Source: Candidatus Latescibacterota bacterium (lineage in GTDB: Bacteria; Latescibacterota; UBA2968; UBA8231). Taken from it: a stretch of 64,000 nt of DNA. The DNA is taken from NCBI GenBank assembly GCA_965248265.1, contig CBDFJF010000002.1, positions 3,872,001 through 3,936,000 on the forward strand. Direction: 5' to 3'. The first letter of the stretch is position 1. Each line of letters opens with the position of its first letter. Both the position numbers and the translations under genes were made by a program. A model generated the notes under the pieces. It did no database searches. It saw only the letters and a list, made by a program, of their open reading frames with translations, and was not told the DNA's origin. Positions 50,322 to 60,457 of this stretch are shown in pieces.

Positions 50322-52454
50322 ATGAACTCCTACACCAAATCCATCTGCTTGCTGGCCGTGCTCCTGCTGGGAGCTTGCGGTCACGACGCCAAGCGGGATA
50401 ACCCCCTCGATCCCGCGCTGACGCCTCCAGTCGAGCTTGAAGTCGCGCTCAACGATACCCTCGGTACTGCTACGCTGACATGGACACCGTACTCGGGCGC
50501 CCAACCCTTCGCCGAGTACTGGGTGCTGCGCAAACAACCGGGGCTGGAGTCCGTCGATACCCTCTCCGTCATCATCGATGCCGCGATCACGACCTACACC
50601 GACACATCCCTCGGCCTGACGGCGAGCTACAGCTATCGCGTGTCAACGGTGAATGCTTCGGGGCTGGAGGCCCAATCCGGACCGGCGGAAGTTCCTCCCC
50701 GCAGCCCGCCACCCATCGAGATTCGCGAGCTGACATTTGACTCGAACACCGCCTCCGCAACGCTGACCTGGACCCGGTACGCCGGAACGGATTTCGGGGC
50801 CTATCGAGTAATACGGGCAAGCGGACTTGAAACGGAGGCCATCGCCGAGACCGAATCACGAGGCGATACCACGTTCACAGATGCTGATCTGCGGGGCAAC
50901 ACAGAGTATACCTACCATGTCGTCGTGCTCACCAAGGGGGGCGAGAGCATCTCCAACCCGGCCGCGACAGGTATGTTCCATCGACTCGTCGACAGCTGGC
51001 CCATCGATGTGGGGGACGGCGGCTACATACGCCTCTACAGGCAAGGCGCCGACCTCGTGGCGCTCGTGTCCGAGCCGCAGCGGATTCGACACATCACACT
51101 GGATAGCGACGGCATCGTCGATGAGCAGGTGCTGCTGGAGGATCGCTGGTTGGATATCGCACCGTTCGCCGTGGGTTGGACAATGGATCCCGATGGGACC
51201 CGGTATCTGGGGTTCGTCAGGAGAGAGACGGATGGAGACACACACACGGCGATGCTCCTGGCATTCGACAACCAGGGACAGCCACTGTACCAGACGGAAC
51301 ATGCGACACCCCCCCTGGACCTGCATGACTTCGCCGATCAAAATCCAGAATTTGATGTGGATGGGTTCCGGACTATCGGCGTGTCCCGCGCGAATGCGTT
51401 CGACAACCTGATCGTCAGCTCGAATGACCGTGAGTTACTCGCGGAGGACTTCTCTTCGGCGAATCTCGATGATTGGACCTCGGATTGTGGCCCCGTCACT
51501 GCCGCCGAGGCCAATGTCGAGGAAGGTGAGGTGGTCGTCGAGCCTATTCGATCAATTCGCCGGGTTTTGCAAACTGACGGCAACAATCTCGTTTTAGAAG
51601 TGGATCTCACCCCCTCCGGACGTTCCGTGTGGGCGTTTTTTAGCATCGACGGATGCGAGGGCTTTGATTTCGCCCAAGGCCTCAATGTCGGCGCTAGTTC
51701 TCAAATCTTATGGTTAGTCGCAGGTGTCCAAGATGCGAGGGGTGAGGTGCTCGGTTCGACACAAGTGCAGCAAGCCTTTCCGCGCGTGCCGGGTTTGGCC
51801 TATAAGCTTCGTCTGGGCCTCGAAGACGGGGTCGCCCGGGCGACGGTAACATCCCCGATGGTCTGGTCCCTATCGTTGGAGAGTGACGATCCACTCGGCG
51901 TCCCCGGTCTCGTCGCTCTGGAAGACTACCACGTGTTCGCGTTCTTAGGGGGAGCGTATGGGATTCCCGGCAGGTTCAATTTCACCACGCCTCGCTTACC
52001 CCTCGAAGGGAATGCAAGTGAGGTGCGGATCTGGGAAACTGAAGATGGGCAACGGCTGGGTGTGTGCCTCCCCGAACTGCATCAGATCAGCATCGGCGAA
52101 ACGGGCTTCTTCGACGCCGCAAACATTTCCTGGCCGTTCAGGGGACCTCCGGAAATCGCCATTGGCGCTTTGGTCGGTCAGGGAGCAGGTGAGTTCGTCT
52201 TTCCGCTCTCGATGGATCGCAGTCCGGATGGCCGGTATTACGTACTCGATGCCGGCAACAGCCGCATCCAATCCTTCGATGAAGTCGGCGCTTACATCAC
52301 CCAGTGGGGCGAACGCGGGAGCAGCGATACGGGCTTCAATTTCGGCGCAGGTAACGCCGCCGTGGACTTCGTCGGTAGCATCGCCGTAGACGACGACGGC
52401 TTCATCTACGTTGCCGACGTGGGCAACAAGCGGATACAGAAGTTCACGCCTTAA
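50322..52454 (+). CDS. Lipoprotein with fibronectin-III repeats and C-terminal NHL repeats
   Basis: LGAC lipobox, RDNPLDP, LTW..Y.Y.V repeats, YVADVGNKRIQKF. Confidence 0.85.
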   Translation: MNSYTKSICLLAVLLLGACGHDAKRDNPLDPALTPPVELEVALNDTLGTATLTWTPYSGAQPFAEYWVLRKQPGLESVDTLSVIIDAAITTYTDTSLGLTASYSYRVSTVNASGLEAQSGPAEVPPRSPPPIEIRELTFDSNTASATLTWTRYAGTDFGAYRVIRASGLETEAIAETESRGDTTFTDADLRGNTEYTYHVVVLTKGGESISNPAATGMFHRLVDSWPIDVGDGGYIRLYRQGADLVALVSEPQRIRHITLDSDGIVDEQVLLEDRWLDIAPFAVGWTMDPDGTRYLGFVRRETDGDTHTAMLLAFDNQGQPLYQTEHATPPLDLHDFADQNPEFDVDGFRTIGVSRANAFDNLIVSSNDRELLAEDFSSANLDDWTSDCGPVTAAEANVEEGEVVVEPIRSIRRVLQTDGNNLVLEVDLTPSGRSVWAFFSIDGCEGFDFAQGLNVGASSQILWLVAGVQDARGEVLGSTQVQQAFPRVPGLAYKLRLGLEDGVARATVTSPMVWSLSLESDDPLGVPGLVALEDYHVFAFLGGAYGIPGRFNFTTPRLPLEGNASEVRIWETEDGQRLGVCLPELHQISIGETGFFDAANISWPFRGPPEIAIGALVGQGAGEFVFPLSMDRSPDGRYYVLDAGNSRIQSFDEVGAYITQWGERGSSDTGFNFGAGNAAVDFVGSIAVDDDGFIYVADVGNKRIQKFTP

Positions 52455-52455
52455 C

Positions 52456-52610
52456 TCATCCCTGTAGTGCATCGATAGCCTCCATTATCTGCACCGGGTT
52501 CGCTTGTGCATAGCGAGCGAAGGGTCATCACTATCGTCTTGTGCCCAAGCAACTCCTTGATTCGATCCAGTGGCACTTCCTTGTCGCGAAAGCGACTGCG
52601 AAAGCAATCT
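52456..52610 (-). pseudogene. Tyrosine recombinase C-terminal remnant
   Basis: RDKEVPLDRIKELLGHKTIVMTLR / YAQANPVQIMEAIDAL; resembles the C-terminus of 58247-59098. Confidence 0.75.
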
Positions 52611-53399
52611 GATGGACTTTCGCCACCAATACGCGCAACGCTTAGGAACGATAAGGGCCCGTTATAAGTAGTCAAGATCGCTTGCGGCTTGGTGTCGAAT
52701 GAAAGCTTGAGGTTTTTCTGAGGGGCGGGATGGTATATAGGGCTTGCAGAGCTTGGCGAGGGTGGATTCAGGAGGCGGGCTGGTGTTTCATGGCGGTTTT
52801 CCAGACCCGGACGGGCGATTCAAGCGAATCGATCCCGTCGGATCTGGCAGTGCGGCGAATCAGGCCGCGTATTCGAACTCAGACTGCTGGGAAGTCCTTG
52901 CCGGTGCGATGGGCGGAGGCCGAGCGGGCAGGCCGACGCCCTCAAGGTAAGACCGAATGGAAGCGGGATCCGTCAGCGCTCAGGCGGCCTGTCCAATCAA
53001 CATACTCACCCAATTCCAGTTTCCTGGACAGATCCCCCCCGGCAGTCCTGTTTTCAGGAATCTTGACATCCAAACTTCGCCGCTTGCGGCACGGCGTCGG
53101 CCAGCTATCCCACTGTAAAAACAAACCTTACACTGAGTTCAACCGGTCCTGGTACAGGGATTGCCTGTCATGCAGCAGAGATTGGCAACTCATCGGGCAC
53201 CTTGTCGACTGGCTTCGTGCCCGATGAAACACGCGGCATGACAGACGACGCCGGCGTTCCGATGTCGAATGGTCCATGCCCTTTGCGGACTCAGGCCTGT
53301 AATGCTTGCACGCTGAGTCGGAGGAAACGACCCATGACAGCTGTTCAGAAGTTGGCGCAACCATACAAGGAGGGTTCTGTTTTCTGGAAGGTGGGCAAG

Positions 53400-54485
53400 A
53401 TGCTCAGTCTGACCGCACCGCTCGTCGTTATCATCGCGCTCATCGTTTCATCCCCCTCCTGGTCTCAGGATAGCGAGGGGACGATAGAGATTGTCGAGTT
53501 CACAAGCTCCGCTCTGGAGTCCAACCTGATAGGTGACACGCCCACCCGTACCCTCATCGTCTACTTGCCACCTGGATACGAGACCAGCGGCCGGCGCTAT
53601 CCCGTGTACTACTTTCTTACCGCCTTCGGCATATCCTACTCGGTTGAGGGATGGCACGACCTCTTTCGCAACAATCTCCGGCCCCACCTTGATGGGCTGC
53701 TTGAGGATGGCAGGTCCCGGGAGATGATCACCGTCTTCATAGACGGGTTCAACCCCTTTGGTGGGAGCTTGTATGCCAGTTCGCCCGCCACCGGCGATTG
53801 GGAGTCCTTCGTAGTCCGTGAGCTGGTCGAGCACATCGATGCAACATACAGGACCATTTCACACAGGGACAGCCGAGGCATCGATGGCATCTCGATGGGG
53901 GGATTCGGCTCATTGCGCCTTGCGCTGAAGTACCCAGAGGTGTTCTGTGCGGTTGTGGCGCAGGGTGCCCCATTCGACTTGACAGCAGGGGGCTGGTGGG
54001 AAGGCGGTGCAACTCCCGAGGTTGACCCAGAAGACTGGGAAGATATGAACCTGCTCTCGGCCTTCGACCGCTTCTGGTTTGCTATGGCGGCTGCCTTTGC
54101 GCCCAATCCGGATCGCCCTCCCTTCTACCTCGACAGGCCGTACGAGCTCGTCGATGGGCAGGCGAGACCGGTACCCGAGGTGTTTGAGCGGATCTCGGAC
54201 ATGGACGTGTATGGTGAGCTGGACCGCTATGTTGCCCAGCCGACGAGGCTCAAGTCGATCATGATCCACCATGGTAGTGCAGACGAGGTCGTCCCTGTCA
54301 GCCAGGCACACGCCCTCGTTGCGCGCCTCACAGAGCTGGGGCTCGACCATGTCTACGAGGAGCACTCCGGGGGACACATCGCAATTCATGGACCCTCCAG
54401 GATCTTCTTCTCAGAGAACCTCTCATTCGAGAGCCCAACTGCGATCGCCAGTGACACATGGGGCGAGGTTAAGGCCCGCCACTGA
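53400..54485 (+). CDS. Secreted alpha/beta-hydrolase esterase with TWGEVK tail
   Basis: VYLPPGY..RYPV, GISMGG nucleophile, D and H; start may be 53334. Confidence 0.88.
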   Translation: MLSLTAPLVVIIALIVSSPSWSQDSEGTIEIVEFTSSALESNLIGDTPTRTLIVYLPPGYETSGRRYPVYYFLTAFGISYSVEGWHDLFRNNLRPHLDGLLEDGRSREMITVFIDGFNPFGGSLYASSPATGDWESFVVRELVEHIDATYRTISHRDSRGIDGISMGGFGSLRLALKYPEVFCAVVAQGAPFDLTAGGWWEGGATPEVDPEDWEDMNLLSAFDRFWFAMAAAFAPNPDRPPFYLDRPYELVDGQARPVPEVFERISDMDVYGELDRYVAQPTRLKSIMIHHGSADEVVPVSQAHALVARLTELGLDHVYEEHSGGHIAIHGPSRIFFSENLSFESPTAIASDTWGEVKARH

Positions 54486-54628
54486 CGTTGCTGGATGATG
54501 CAGGATACAACCGGATGACCGAGGTTATGGATGCTGCCGTGCGGTCAACGATTGTGGATGCAGAAGGCGGCAGCAGCATCGACCGATCCCAGACCCGGTC
54601 GATGCTGCTGCAATAGAGGCAACGCACC

Positions 54629-54706
54629 ATGAGCGAATCGCAGATCGGACTGAAAGGGTCACGCATCCTGCTGGTGGACGACCAGCCACGCCTGTTGGCG
54701 TCTTGA
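54629..54706 (+). pseudogene. Response-regulator N-terminal remnant
   Basis: MSESQIGLKGSRILLVDDQP then stop. Confidence 0.45.
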
Positions 54707-54906
54707 TCCTGCAACTCTTGGCGATCAATACGGGCAGTTTTCAGGTGATCATATGCGGGGCAGAGAAGCCAGGTGGGATTTAGATGGAGAGATTATGGAG
54801 AGAGCCCCCGAGACATGCACGCAACGTGGCGTCCAGAACGGACGAATGGGTTTCGAACTTGCCCCTGCAGGGCTCACAACCGCCTTTTCTACATTGACTT
54901 ACGGGG

Positions 54907-54974
54907 TGGCGGGAACGTGTGGGAATCGAACCCACCCAGCGCCGCTGTCGCGACACCGCAACGGATTTGAAGTC
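54907..54974 (-). tRNA. selC: 3' fragment of tRNA-Sec (att duplication; 5' half absent)
   Basis: GACTTCAAATCC (UCA anticodon), long variable arm, GGTTCGATTCC, CGTTCCCGCCA; no complementary 5' acceptor strand upstream. Confidence 0.88.
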
Positions 54975-55144
54975 TGACGCTTTGTGTAACCCTCTTTGGA
55001 TTGTTGATCCAATGCAGCGGCCCGGTGGACTTATGCTCTAGTGGAGTCGTGGAAACGGGCAGAGACTGCAGCCGCTTCGTGAGCGAGGCCCAACGACCCA
55101 GTTCTGCTAAGCCAGCGAGAATCAGTCAAACCTGTGGTGCTCTG

Positions 55145-55173
55145 CGGGCATCTCAGTGATATAACGAAGCGCG
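55145..55173. repeat. 11-7-11 site (diverged)
   Basis: CGGGCATCTCA gtgatat AACGAAGCGCG. Confidence 0.5.
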
Positions 55174-55204
55174 GATCGGCCGTTCGGGCTCGAGTCCACT
55201 TGTA

Positions 55205-56413
55205 TTAGTGCAGCTGGTCCCAGTTGCGTCTAAGCAAAGGGCCTCTATTCTGGACGAGGGCGGCCAGAGCTCCGTTGTTGACCGCGACAATGTCACCAAA
55301 GTCCCTCTTATTTCCATGTATTCCGGCAGTGTGCAGCACTGCAAGTACCTGCTCGGCGTCCGCAAGTGCTTGCTGATGCTCCTCCACTGCGGAATCAAAA
55401 CTGACCGAGGCTGTGTCTGTGATCTGCTCGCGCAAGCAGTGCAGATAGTGTCGAAAAGCCTGTTGCTCTCCCAATCCTATGGATGAGGGTTGTGCACCGG
55501 TAAAAAGCGGAGAGACAAATTCGGACTCCATTGATGCTGGGGGTTGCATGGTCGCCAGCACTTGTGTGTTTTGGGCAAGATCTAGGAAGGGTATTGTGAA
55601 TTCAGACAGTGCCTGGGGACAGTAATACCAGGTAGTCCGCTGCCTGATTTCATCTTCATGCACCTGTTGGAACTTCTCGGGAGGAAACGAACGCACGTTC
55701 ATCCAGGTTCCGGAGCAAATTGCGTTTACTCCGGCAGCTGATGCGATGAGCATCTGGTGGTTGCAATACCCAATCACAACCTCAGAGTTTCTCAACCGCA
55801 ATCCCGCACACACGTCAAGAAGATTAGCAAGCCAATTCGGATCTGTCGTAAGGTAGTCTCCCCTCGGATGCTCCCAAACCAAATAGAAACCTGTGTCAGT
55901 CCATGCCTCTGATCGATCCATCAGCAATGCAATCTGCTCATTGTTACGTGCTGCATCAGCAGATAGAGCAATCGTCATGAGAATCGGTATGTCTCTCGAT
56001 TGAGCTCGGGCTTCCTCGAGTATTAGGCTGTGTATTGCAATCCAATCCTCATTCACTTCGTTAGCGAGTACACCCGGCAGGATGAATCTGTCTGTGGCCA
56101 AACGACGGTTTTCGCTCAATAGCTCACTTATCAGGAGAGCCAACCTTGGACCGTCCCAAAAAGTGCCGGTATCGTATTCATCGGGCCAGTAGAAATGAGA
56201 CCGAAGCCTCTCGTGAGAGGCGTGCGGGAGATAGAACTGTGGGTCAAGGAGCACGCGTCCGTTTGGGTGTTTCGTGATATCATCTGCCAACCTGTCTAGT
56301 TGGCCGGAATCGAGATCTCGAGGACTCAAAACTACTGTCCCACCTTCCCACCGCGCGACTAATTCGCGGCAATGTCCCATCATGCCGTGGCCAAACTGTA
56401 GGTATAACTCCAC
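55205..56413 (-). CDS. Hypothetical protein (possible TIM-barrel, beta-protein/sce7725-like)
   Basis: 402-aa ORF coupled to the kinase; LSPRD, LDPQFY, SGTW.N.R.F, HYL motifs. Confidence 0.75.
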   Translation of the reverse strand: MELYLQFGHGMMGHCRELVARWEGGTVVLSPRDLDSGQLDRLADDITKHPNGRVLLDPQFYLPHASHERLRSHFYWPDEYDTGTFWDGPRLALLISELLSENRRLATDRFILPGVLANEVNEDWIAIHSLILEEARAQSRDIPILMTIALSADAARNNEQIALLMDRSEAWTDTGFYLVWEHPRGDYLTTDPNWLANLLDVCAGLRLRNSEVVIGYCNHQMLIASAAGVNAICSGTWMNVRSFPPEKFQQVHEDEIRQRTTWYYCPQALSEFTIPFLDLAQNTQVLATMQPPASMESEFVSPLFTGAQPSSIGLGEQQAFRHYLHCLREQITDTASVSFDSAVEEHQQALADAEQVLAVLHTAGIHGNKRDFGDIVAVNNGALAALVQNRGPLLRRNWDQLH

Positions 56414-56424
56414 CTTCTGTACTC

Positions 56425-57285
56425 CTATTCCTCGATGCCTTCCGCGGCACAGATTTCCTTGACCCAGACGAAAACGCCTTCGGCAGTAGTTGGCCGTTGA
56501 TCTCTGCGTATCTGCGTCAGAGACTGAACTAAGTCACCGAAACTATCCTCTTGCTCCATATCCACGGTGACCCTTGGCAGTCGTTGAGTCTCAACGCGCT
56601 TCAGGACGTCTAGATCATTTCTGGCGCCCAGCCTGAATGGATTCGTGCCAGTCGCACACTCGTAGATGGTTACACCAAGGGCGAAAAGATCTGCTCGGAT
56701 ATCGATGTCCGCTTTCACGTTCCGAAACTGCTCTGGGGGGGCATAGCCGGGAGTGAATTTCCCAAAAGGGTTGCCAGACGGTGTGTGCGAGGTGAGCTCC
56801 AGATGACGCGAGATTCCGAAATCAAGCAACCAGAAATCGCCAACGTCATCATGAATGATGTTTCCTGGTTTAATGTCTCGATGAACGATCTCGTTCTCCT
56901 CGGCAGCAACAAGGGCCTCCAACATTTGGCGAGATAGACGAAGTAGTGCGAGAGCCTGCATTGGGCCAGATGCCGACAGCTCTGCGCTAACCGGGGAACC
57001 AGGGATCCGTTGCTCTAAGAGAAAAGAGCACAGGCCAAACGGGGCGCTGATTTGACCGTACTCGAGAATTGGTGGGACCCGACTTGAACTGACACGCTGA
57101 ACCGCCCGAATCTCCCGCGCCACAGATTCGGCATCCTGTGTCGGCTTGATGATCTTGAGTACGATGTCGCCGTGATCAGGATGAGTTGCCGAAAACACCC
57201 ACTTTTGCCCCCCAGGCGTCAGAGCTGTCACGTTGTCAAGAGAGGGAAACTCGTTCCTCACCCACCCGGCGGACAGCTGCATCAC
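56425..57285 (-). CDS. Hanks-type Ser/Thr protein kinase (soluble)
   Basis: GGQK.V, VLK, RE, HRDIKPGN, DFG, PGYAPPEQ, DLFALG. Confidence 0.95.
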   Translation of the reverse strand: MMQLSAGWVRNEFPSLDNVTALTPGGQKWVFSATHPDHGDIVLKIIKPTQDAESVAREIRAVQRVSSSRVPPILEYGQISAPFGLCSFLLEQRIPGSPVSAELSASGPMQALALLRLSRQMLEALVAAEENEIVHRDIKPGNIIHDDVGDFWLLDFGISRHLELTSHTPSGNPFGKFTPGYAPPEQFRNVKADIDIRADLFALGVTIYECATGTNPFRLGARNDLDVLKRVETQRLPRVTVDMEQEDSFGDLVQSLTQIRRDQRPTTAEGVFVWVKEICAAEGIEE

Positions 57286-58019
57286 AATCTTCCGCTATAC
57301 AGAGCTGCGCGCCAGGAGGACTCGTTAAACACCCAAGAGGCGTGAGAACGAGGGGAGCCAATCCGAGGACTTTTGGATATATCAATTACTCCCGTGCCTG
57401 GACAGATGATGCCGACTCCGTGTGCTTCAGCGACATCCGCAGCTCGCGAAGCGACGGGCGAAGGAACCAAAATGTAGGAGCTGGTGGCGAACCATGTATT
57501 CAAGAACGCCTGTCTTACAGCCGATCGCCAGTCCCCGATCTTGGCCTCAAAAGCCACAATCTGTCTGATGGCGTAGTTGTGGGAAATGCTTCGCGGCTTG
57601 ATAAGACCGCCCGAGATTTGGATTGTGTCTGCGTACAACAGGTGCTCCAGAATCCTGTCGAGGCTTGTTGGAAAAACTGAACGCAATCCCTCGTACCTGC
57701 ATGCCCCACGGCCTGTCAGATAGTGTAACACACGAAGTGTTGACGGATTCAGGATCGCCCGCAGGGCCGACCACCGGCGGGTAACTCCTGGTGACCATAC
57801 AACCACTACCACATCTGGGTAGCCCGAGTCGATCCGCGGTTCACAGAATACAGTCGTTTCGCAGTCTCGCGGAATTCGAACTCGCTGTTCGGCAAGAAAC
57901 CATCGTACCATCTCGGTCTCCGGCCCCTCCCGAGGGCGTCGGAACGCCATCCCAAACTCTTCTCCATGCTCGTAGTCAATAATCCATGGCTTCGTTGCCG
58001 AATCCATCACTTGGACCAA
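57282..58019 (-). CDS. PD-(D/E)XK-like protein with inserted HTH-like segment
   Basis: E..E...GYPD..AFEAK..W..A..QA..N..F. Confidence 0.7.
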   Translation of the reverse strand: MVQVMDSATKPWIIDYEHGEEFGMAFRRPREGPETEMVRWFLAEQRVRIPRDCETTVFCEPRIDSGYPDVVVVVWSPGVTRRWSALRAILNPSTLRVLHYLTGRGACRYEGLRSVFPTSLDRILEHLLYADTIQISGGLIKPRSISHNYAIRQIVAFEAKIGDWRSAVRQAFLNTWFATSSYILVPSPVASRAADVAEAHGVGIICPGTGVIDISKSPRIGSPRSHASWVFNESSWRAALYSGRL

Positions 58020-58137
58020 AACCCGACTCCCCTTCTACATAGTGAGAGCTGCTGTGTACCTCGAATATACCCCGGCTCGTGTTTCCTTGACAATGAAATA
58101 CAAACTGCTCGTACCAGCGCAGATCGCCACTTCTGGC

Positions 58138-58195
58138 CGACCGTCAGTCGAACATCCGATGCTCGGCGAGCATCGTTGTCTTGCAACGACAATCC
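58138..58195. repeat. Tandem pair of sites (11-6-11 and 11-7-11) next to the tyrosine recombinase
   Basis: CGACCGTCAGT cgaaca TCCGATGCTCG g CGAGCATCGTT gtcttgc AACGACAATCC. Confidence 0.7.
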
Positions 58196-58246
58196 GTCAC
58201 ACTGGGGAGGGCAGGTCGATTCGATTGACAGGCGCGTGACGACGGC

Positions 58247-59098
58247 TCAGAAGCCGCCAGATGCTCGGGGTGCGGCGATCGGGTGATTTGCATTGAGAGC
58301 TGCGATCGCTTCTACAAGCTGCTGAGGACGTGCGTGAGCATATCGCAACGACATTTCCATTGTCCGGTGTCCCATCACTTGCATGATGCGATCTATGGGT
58401 ACACCTCGGTCTCGTAGGCGGGTAGCTAGGGTATGGCGTAGCATGTGTAGGTGGACGTGACCGACGTTAGCCCGCATTCCGGCACTGTGCAATGACCTCT
58501 TGATGTCCCCGAACACGATGACACGTTGTTCGGGTTCCGTCAGCTCGGGCTTCAACCTCATCAACATCGATCGGACCCGATCCGTCATAGGGATCACTCT
58601 GTAGTCCTTATTCTTGGACTGTCGCACGGTCACGGTGCCGGTCTCGAAATTTACATCGCGCCAGGACAGTCGTTGGAGCTCGGAGCGCCTCATTCCCGTG
58701 TCCGCTGCCATAATCACAACCTGCCGGGTACGCTCCGGACATTCGGCGATCAGCGCATCTAGCTCATGATCGCTCAGTGCGTCCGGCACACGGCTCTGTT
58801 CCTTGAGCATAGAGAGCCTTGTCGTGGGGTTGTCTGATATATAGTCCCAGTTGCAGGCTGTCTTGAACAGCGTCTTCAGGGTCGCCAGATAGCGATTGGC
58901 TGTGGCCGTGGTGATTCCGTCAGTGTTGCGCCGGCGCGTCAGGTATCGCTCGATCTGGCGTGTGGTGATGGAATCCAGAGAATGGCCCCCGAACTCCTCA
59001 TCGAGCTTCCTGAGCATTCCGGACAGGCCTCGCCAGGTATTGGGGCTCCAACCTCCGAAATCAGTGCGAAACTCGCTAAGGAACTCACCGAATGTCAT
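58247..59098 (-). CDS. Tyrosine recombinase (core-binding + catalytic domains)
   Basis: TGMRRSE, SKN, HMLRH, GH..MSLRY; no IntI-specific insertion. Confidence 0.93.
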   Translation of the reverse strand: MTFGEFLSEFRTDFGGWSPNTWRGLSGMLRKLDEEFGGHSLDSITTRQIERYLTRRRNTDGITTATANRYLATLKTLFKTACNWDYISDNPTTRLSMLKEQSRVPDALSDHELDALIAECPERTRQVVIMAADTGMRRSELQRLSWRDVNFETGTVTVRQSKNKDYRVIPMTDRVRSMLMRLKPELTEPEQRVIVFGDIKRSLHSAGMRANVGHVHLHMLRHTLATRLRDRGVPIDRIMQVMGHRTMEMSLRYAHARPQQLVEAIAALNANHPIAAPRASGGF

Positions 59099-59251
59099 GC
59101 GGATCCGCGTCTATTGAGGGAATCTGGCCGGACAGGAGTCGTGACCTCCGATCCGGCCAGAACAGAAAAACGGGCGCCATAACCGGTGGTCACGACACCC
59201 GCATTCAGTGCTGCTACTGTCATCTAAAACTAGAGATCCGCGGCGACAGCG

Positions 59252-59839
59252 TCAATGATTTCGGCTGGATTTTGCGTACCTCATCGCCGTGCCCGGCGCG
59301 ATGCCCAGTTGCTTGGCGATGTCACGGTATGACAGCCCGCCAGAGCGTAAGGCTCGGACCTTGGACTGCTTGGTCAGCGGGATCTGCTTCCGTCCTACAT
59401 GCTTGCCCCTTGCCTTGGCAGCCGCCATTCCAGTCTTCACCCGCTCGCGGATCATTTCCCGCTCGAACTCGGCGATTCCGGCCAGAATGGTGAACGTCAA
59501 TTTCCCAGCCGCCGTGGACGTGTCGATCTGCTGTCGGAAGCTGATGAAGTCCACCCCAAGCTGCTGAAACTCTTCGAGCGTGTTCACTAGGTGAGACGTG
59601 CTGCGGGCGAAGCGATCGAACGCCCATACGAGCACGAGATCCACCTTGCCTGTCCGAACTTGCTCCAGCATCTGATCGAGCTCTGGACGCTGTCTGGCGG
59701 TTCCTGAGGCCTTATCAATGTATTCCCCGACAACCTCGAACCCACGGTGGTTGGCGTATTCCCGCAGCTCGTCCACCTGGCCGTCCACGTCTTGATCGGT
59801 GGTCGAGACTCTGTAGTAGATCGCGGCGCGCTTGGCCAT
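59252..59839 (-). CDS. Serine recombinase (resolvase/invertase) with C-terminal HTH
   Basis: YYRVST..Q, SG...RP, DRFARS, AEFERE, GR. Confidence 0.95.
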   Translation of the reverse strand: MAKRAAIYYRVSTTDQDVDGQVDELREYANHRGFEVVGEYIDKASGTARQRPELDQMLEQVRTGKVDLVLVWAFDRFARSTSHLVNTLEEFQQLGVDFISFRQQIDTSTAAGKLTFTILAGIAEFEREMIRERVKTGMAAAKARGKHVGRKQIPLTKQSKVRALRSGGLSYRDIAKQLGIAPGTAMRYAKSSRNH

Positions 59840-59976
59840 GATCTGCCCCCTTCGTAAGGTGTATGAAAAGGTATAGGTTTCTAGACGATCAAATCAAAGA
59901 AAAACCGCGTTGCGCCACAAGGCGCTGAAGCGGTCGCTGCTGCTACCCTTTTTGAACGCGAAAGACAGGAGCCCTT

Positions 59977-60318
59977 CTAAGGCTCGTCGATGCGCTTGAA
60001 CAGTCGGCGCACGATATCCCTCGCGAATCGGACATCCTCCGCGCTTCGCACTCTCAGGATGTCAACGAGCTCCTGAAGCTCCTGCTCCACGGTTGAGCCT
60101 GGAGCCGCTGCAGGGGTAATCAGATCCGCCACGGTCACATTCAGCACTTGCGCGAGCTGTTCCAGGGTCTCGAATGACGCCGTTGATTTTTCCCGTTCAA
60201 TTGCCCAAACGCTGTCCACGCTGATCTGGGATTCCTCGGCAAGTTGTGCCTGGGTCAGACCTCTGGCCTTTCGGTATCTCTTCAGTTGATGGCCGATTGT
60301 CTGTCTGATTTGGCTCAT
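59977..60318 (-). CDS. XRE-family HTH regulator
   Basis: RKARGLTQAQLAE..IER. Confidence 0.9.
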   Translation of the reverse strand: MSQIRQTIGHQLKRYRKARGLTQAQLAEESQISVDSVWAIEREKSTASFETLEQLAQVLNVTVADLITPAAAPGSTVEQELQELVDILRVRSAEDVRFARDIVRRLFKRIDEP

Positions 60319-60457
60319 CCCTCAAGCTCCCATTCGTCCCGCATGGAACGAAGTTAGGGTGCGCTGATGAGCCCAGGCAGATGATCATGCTACGTATTTT
60401 GTTTATGAAATACTTGATTAGACTCAGGGTGCAAGTGTTTATTACCGGACACAACTA

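Noticed and set aside
54907-54974. Functional tRNA-Sec gene
   Set aside because: The 5' acceptor strand and D arm are missing
58247-59098. Integron integrase for the attC array
   Set aside because: Lacks the IntI-specific insertion and lies over 22 kb from the array
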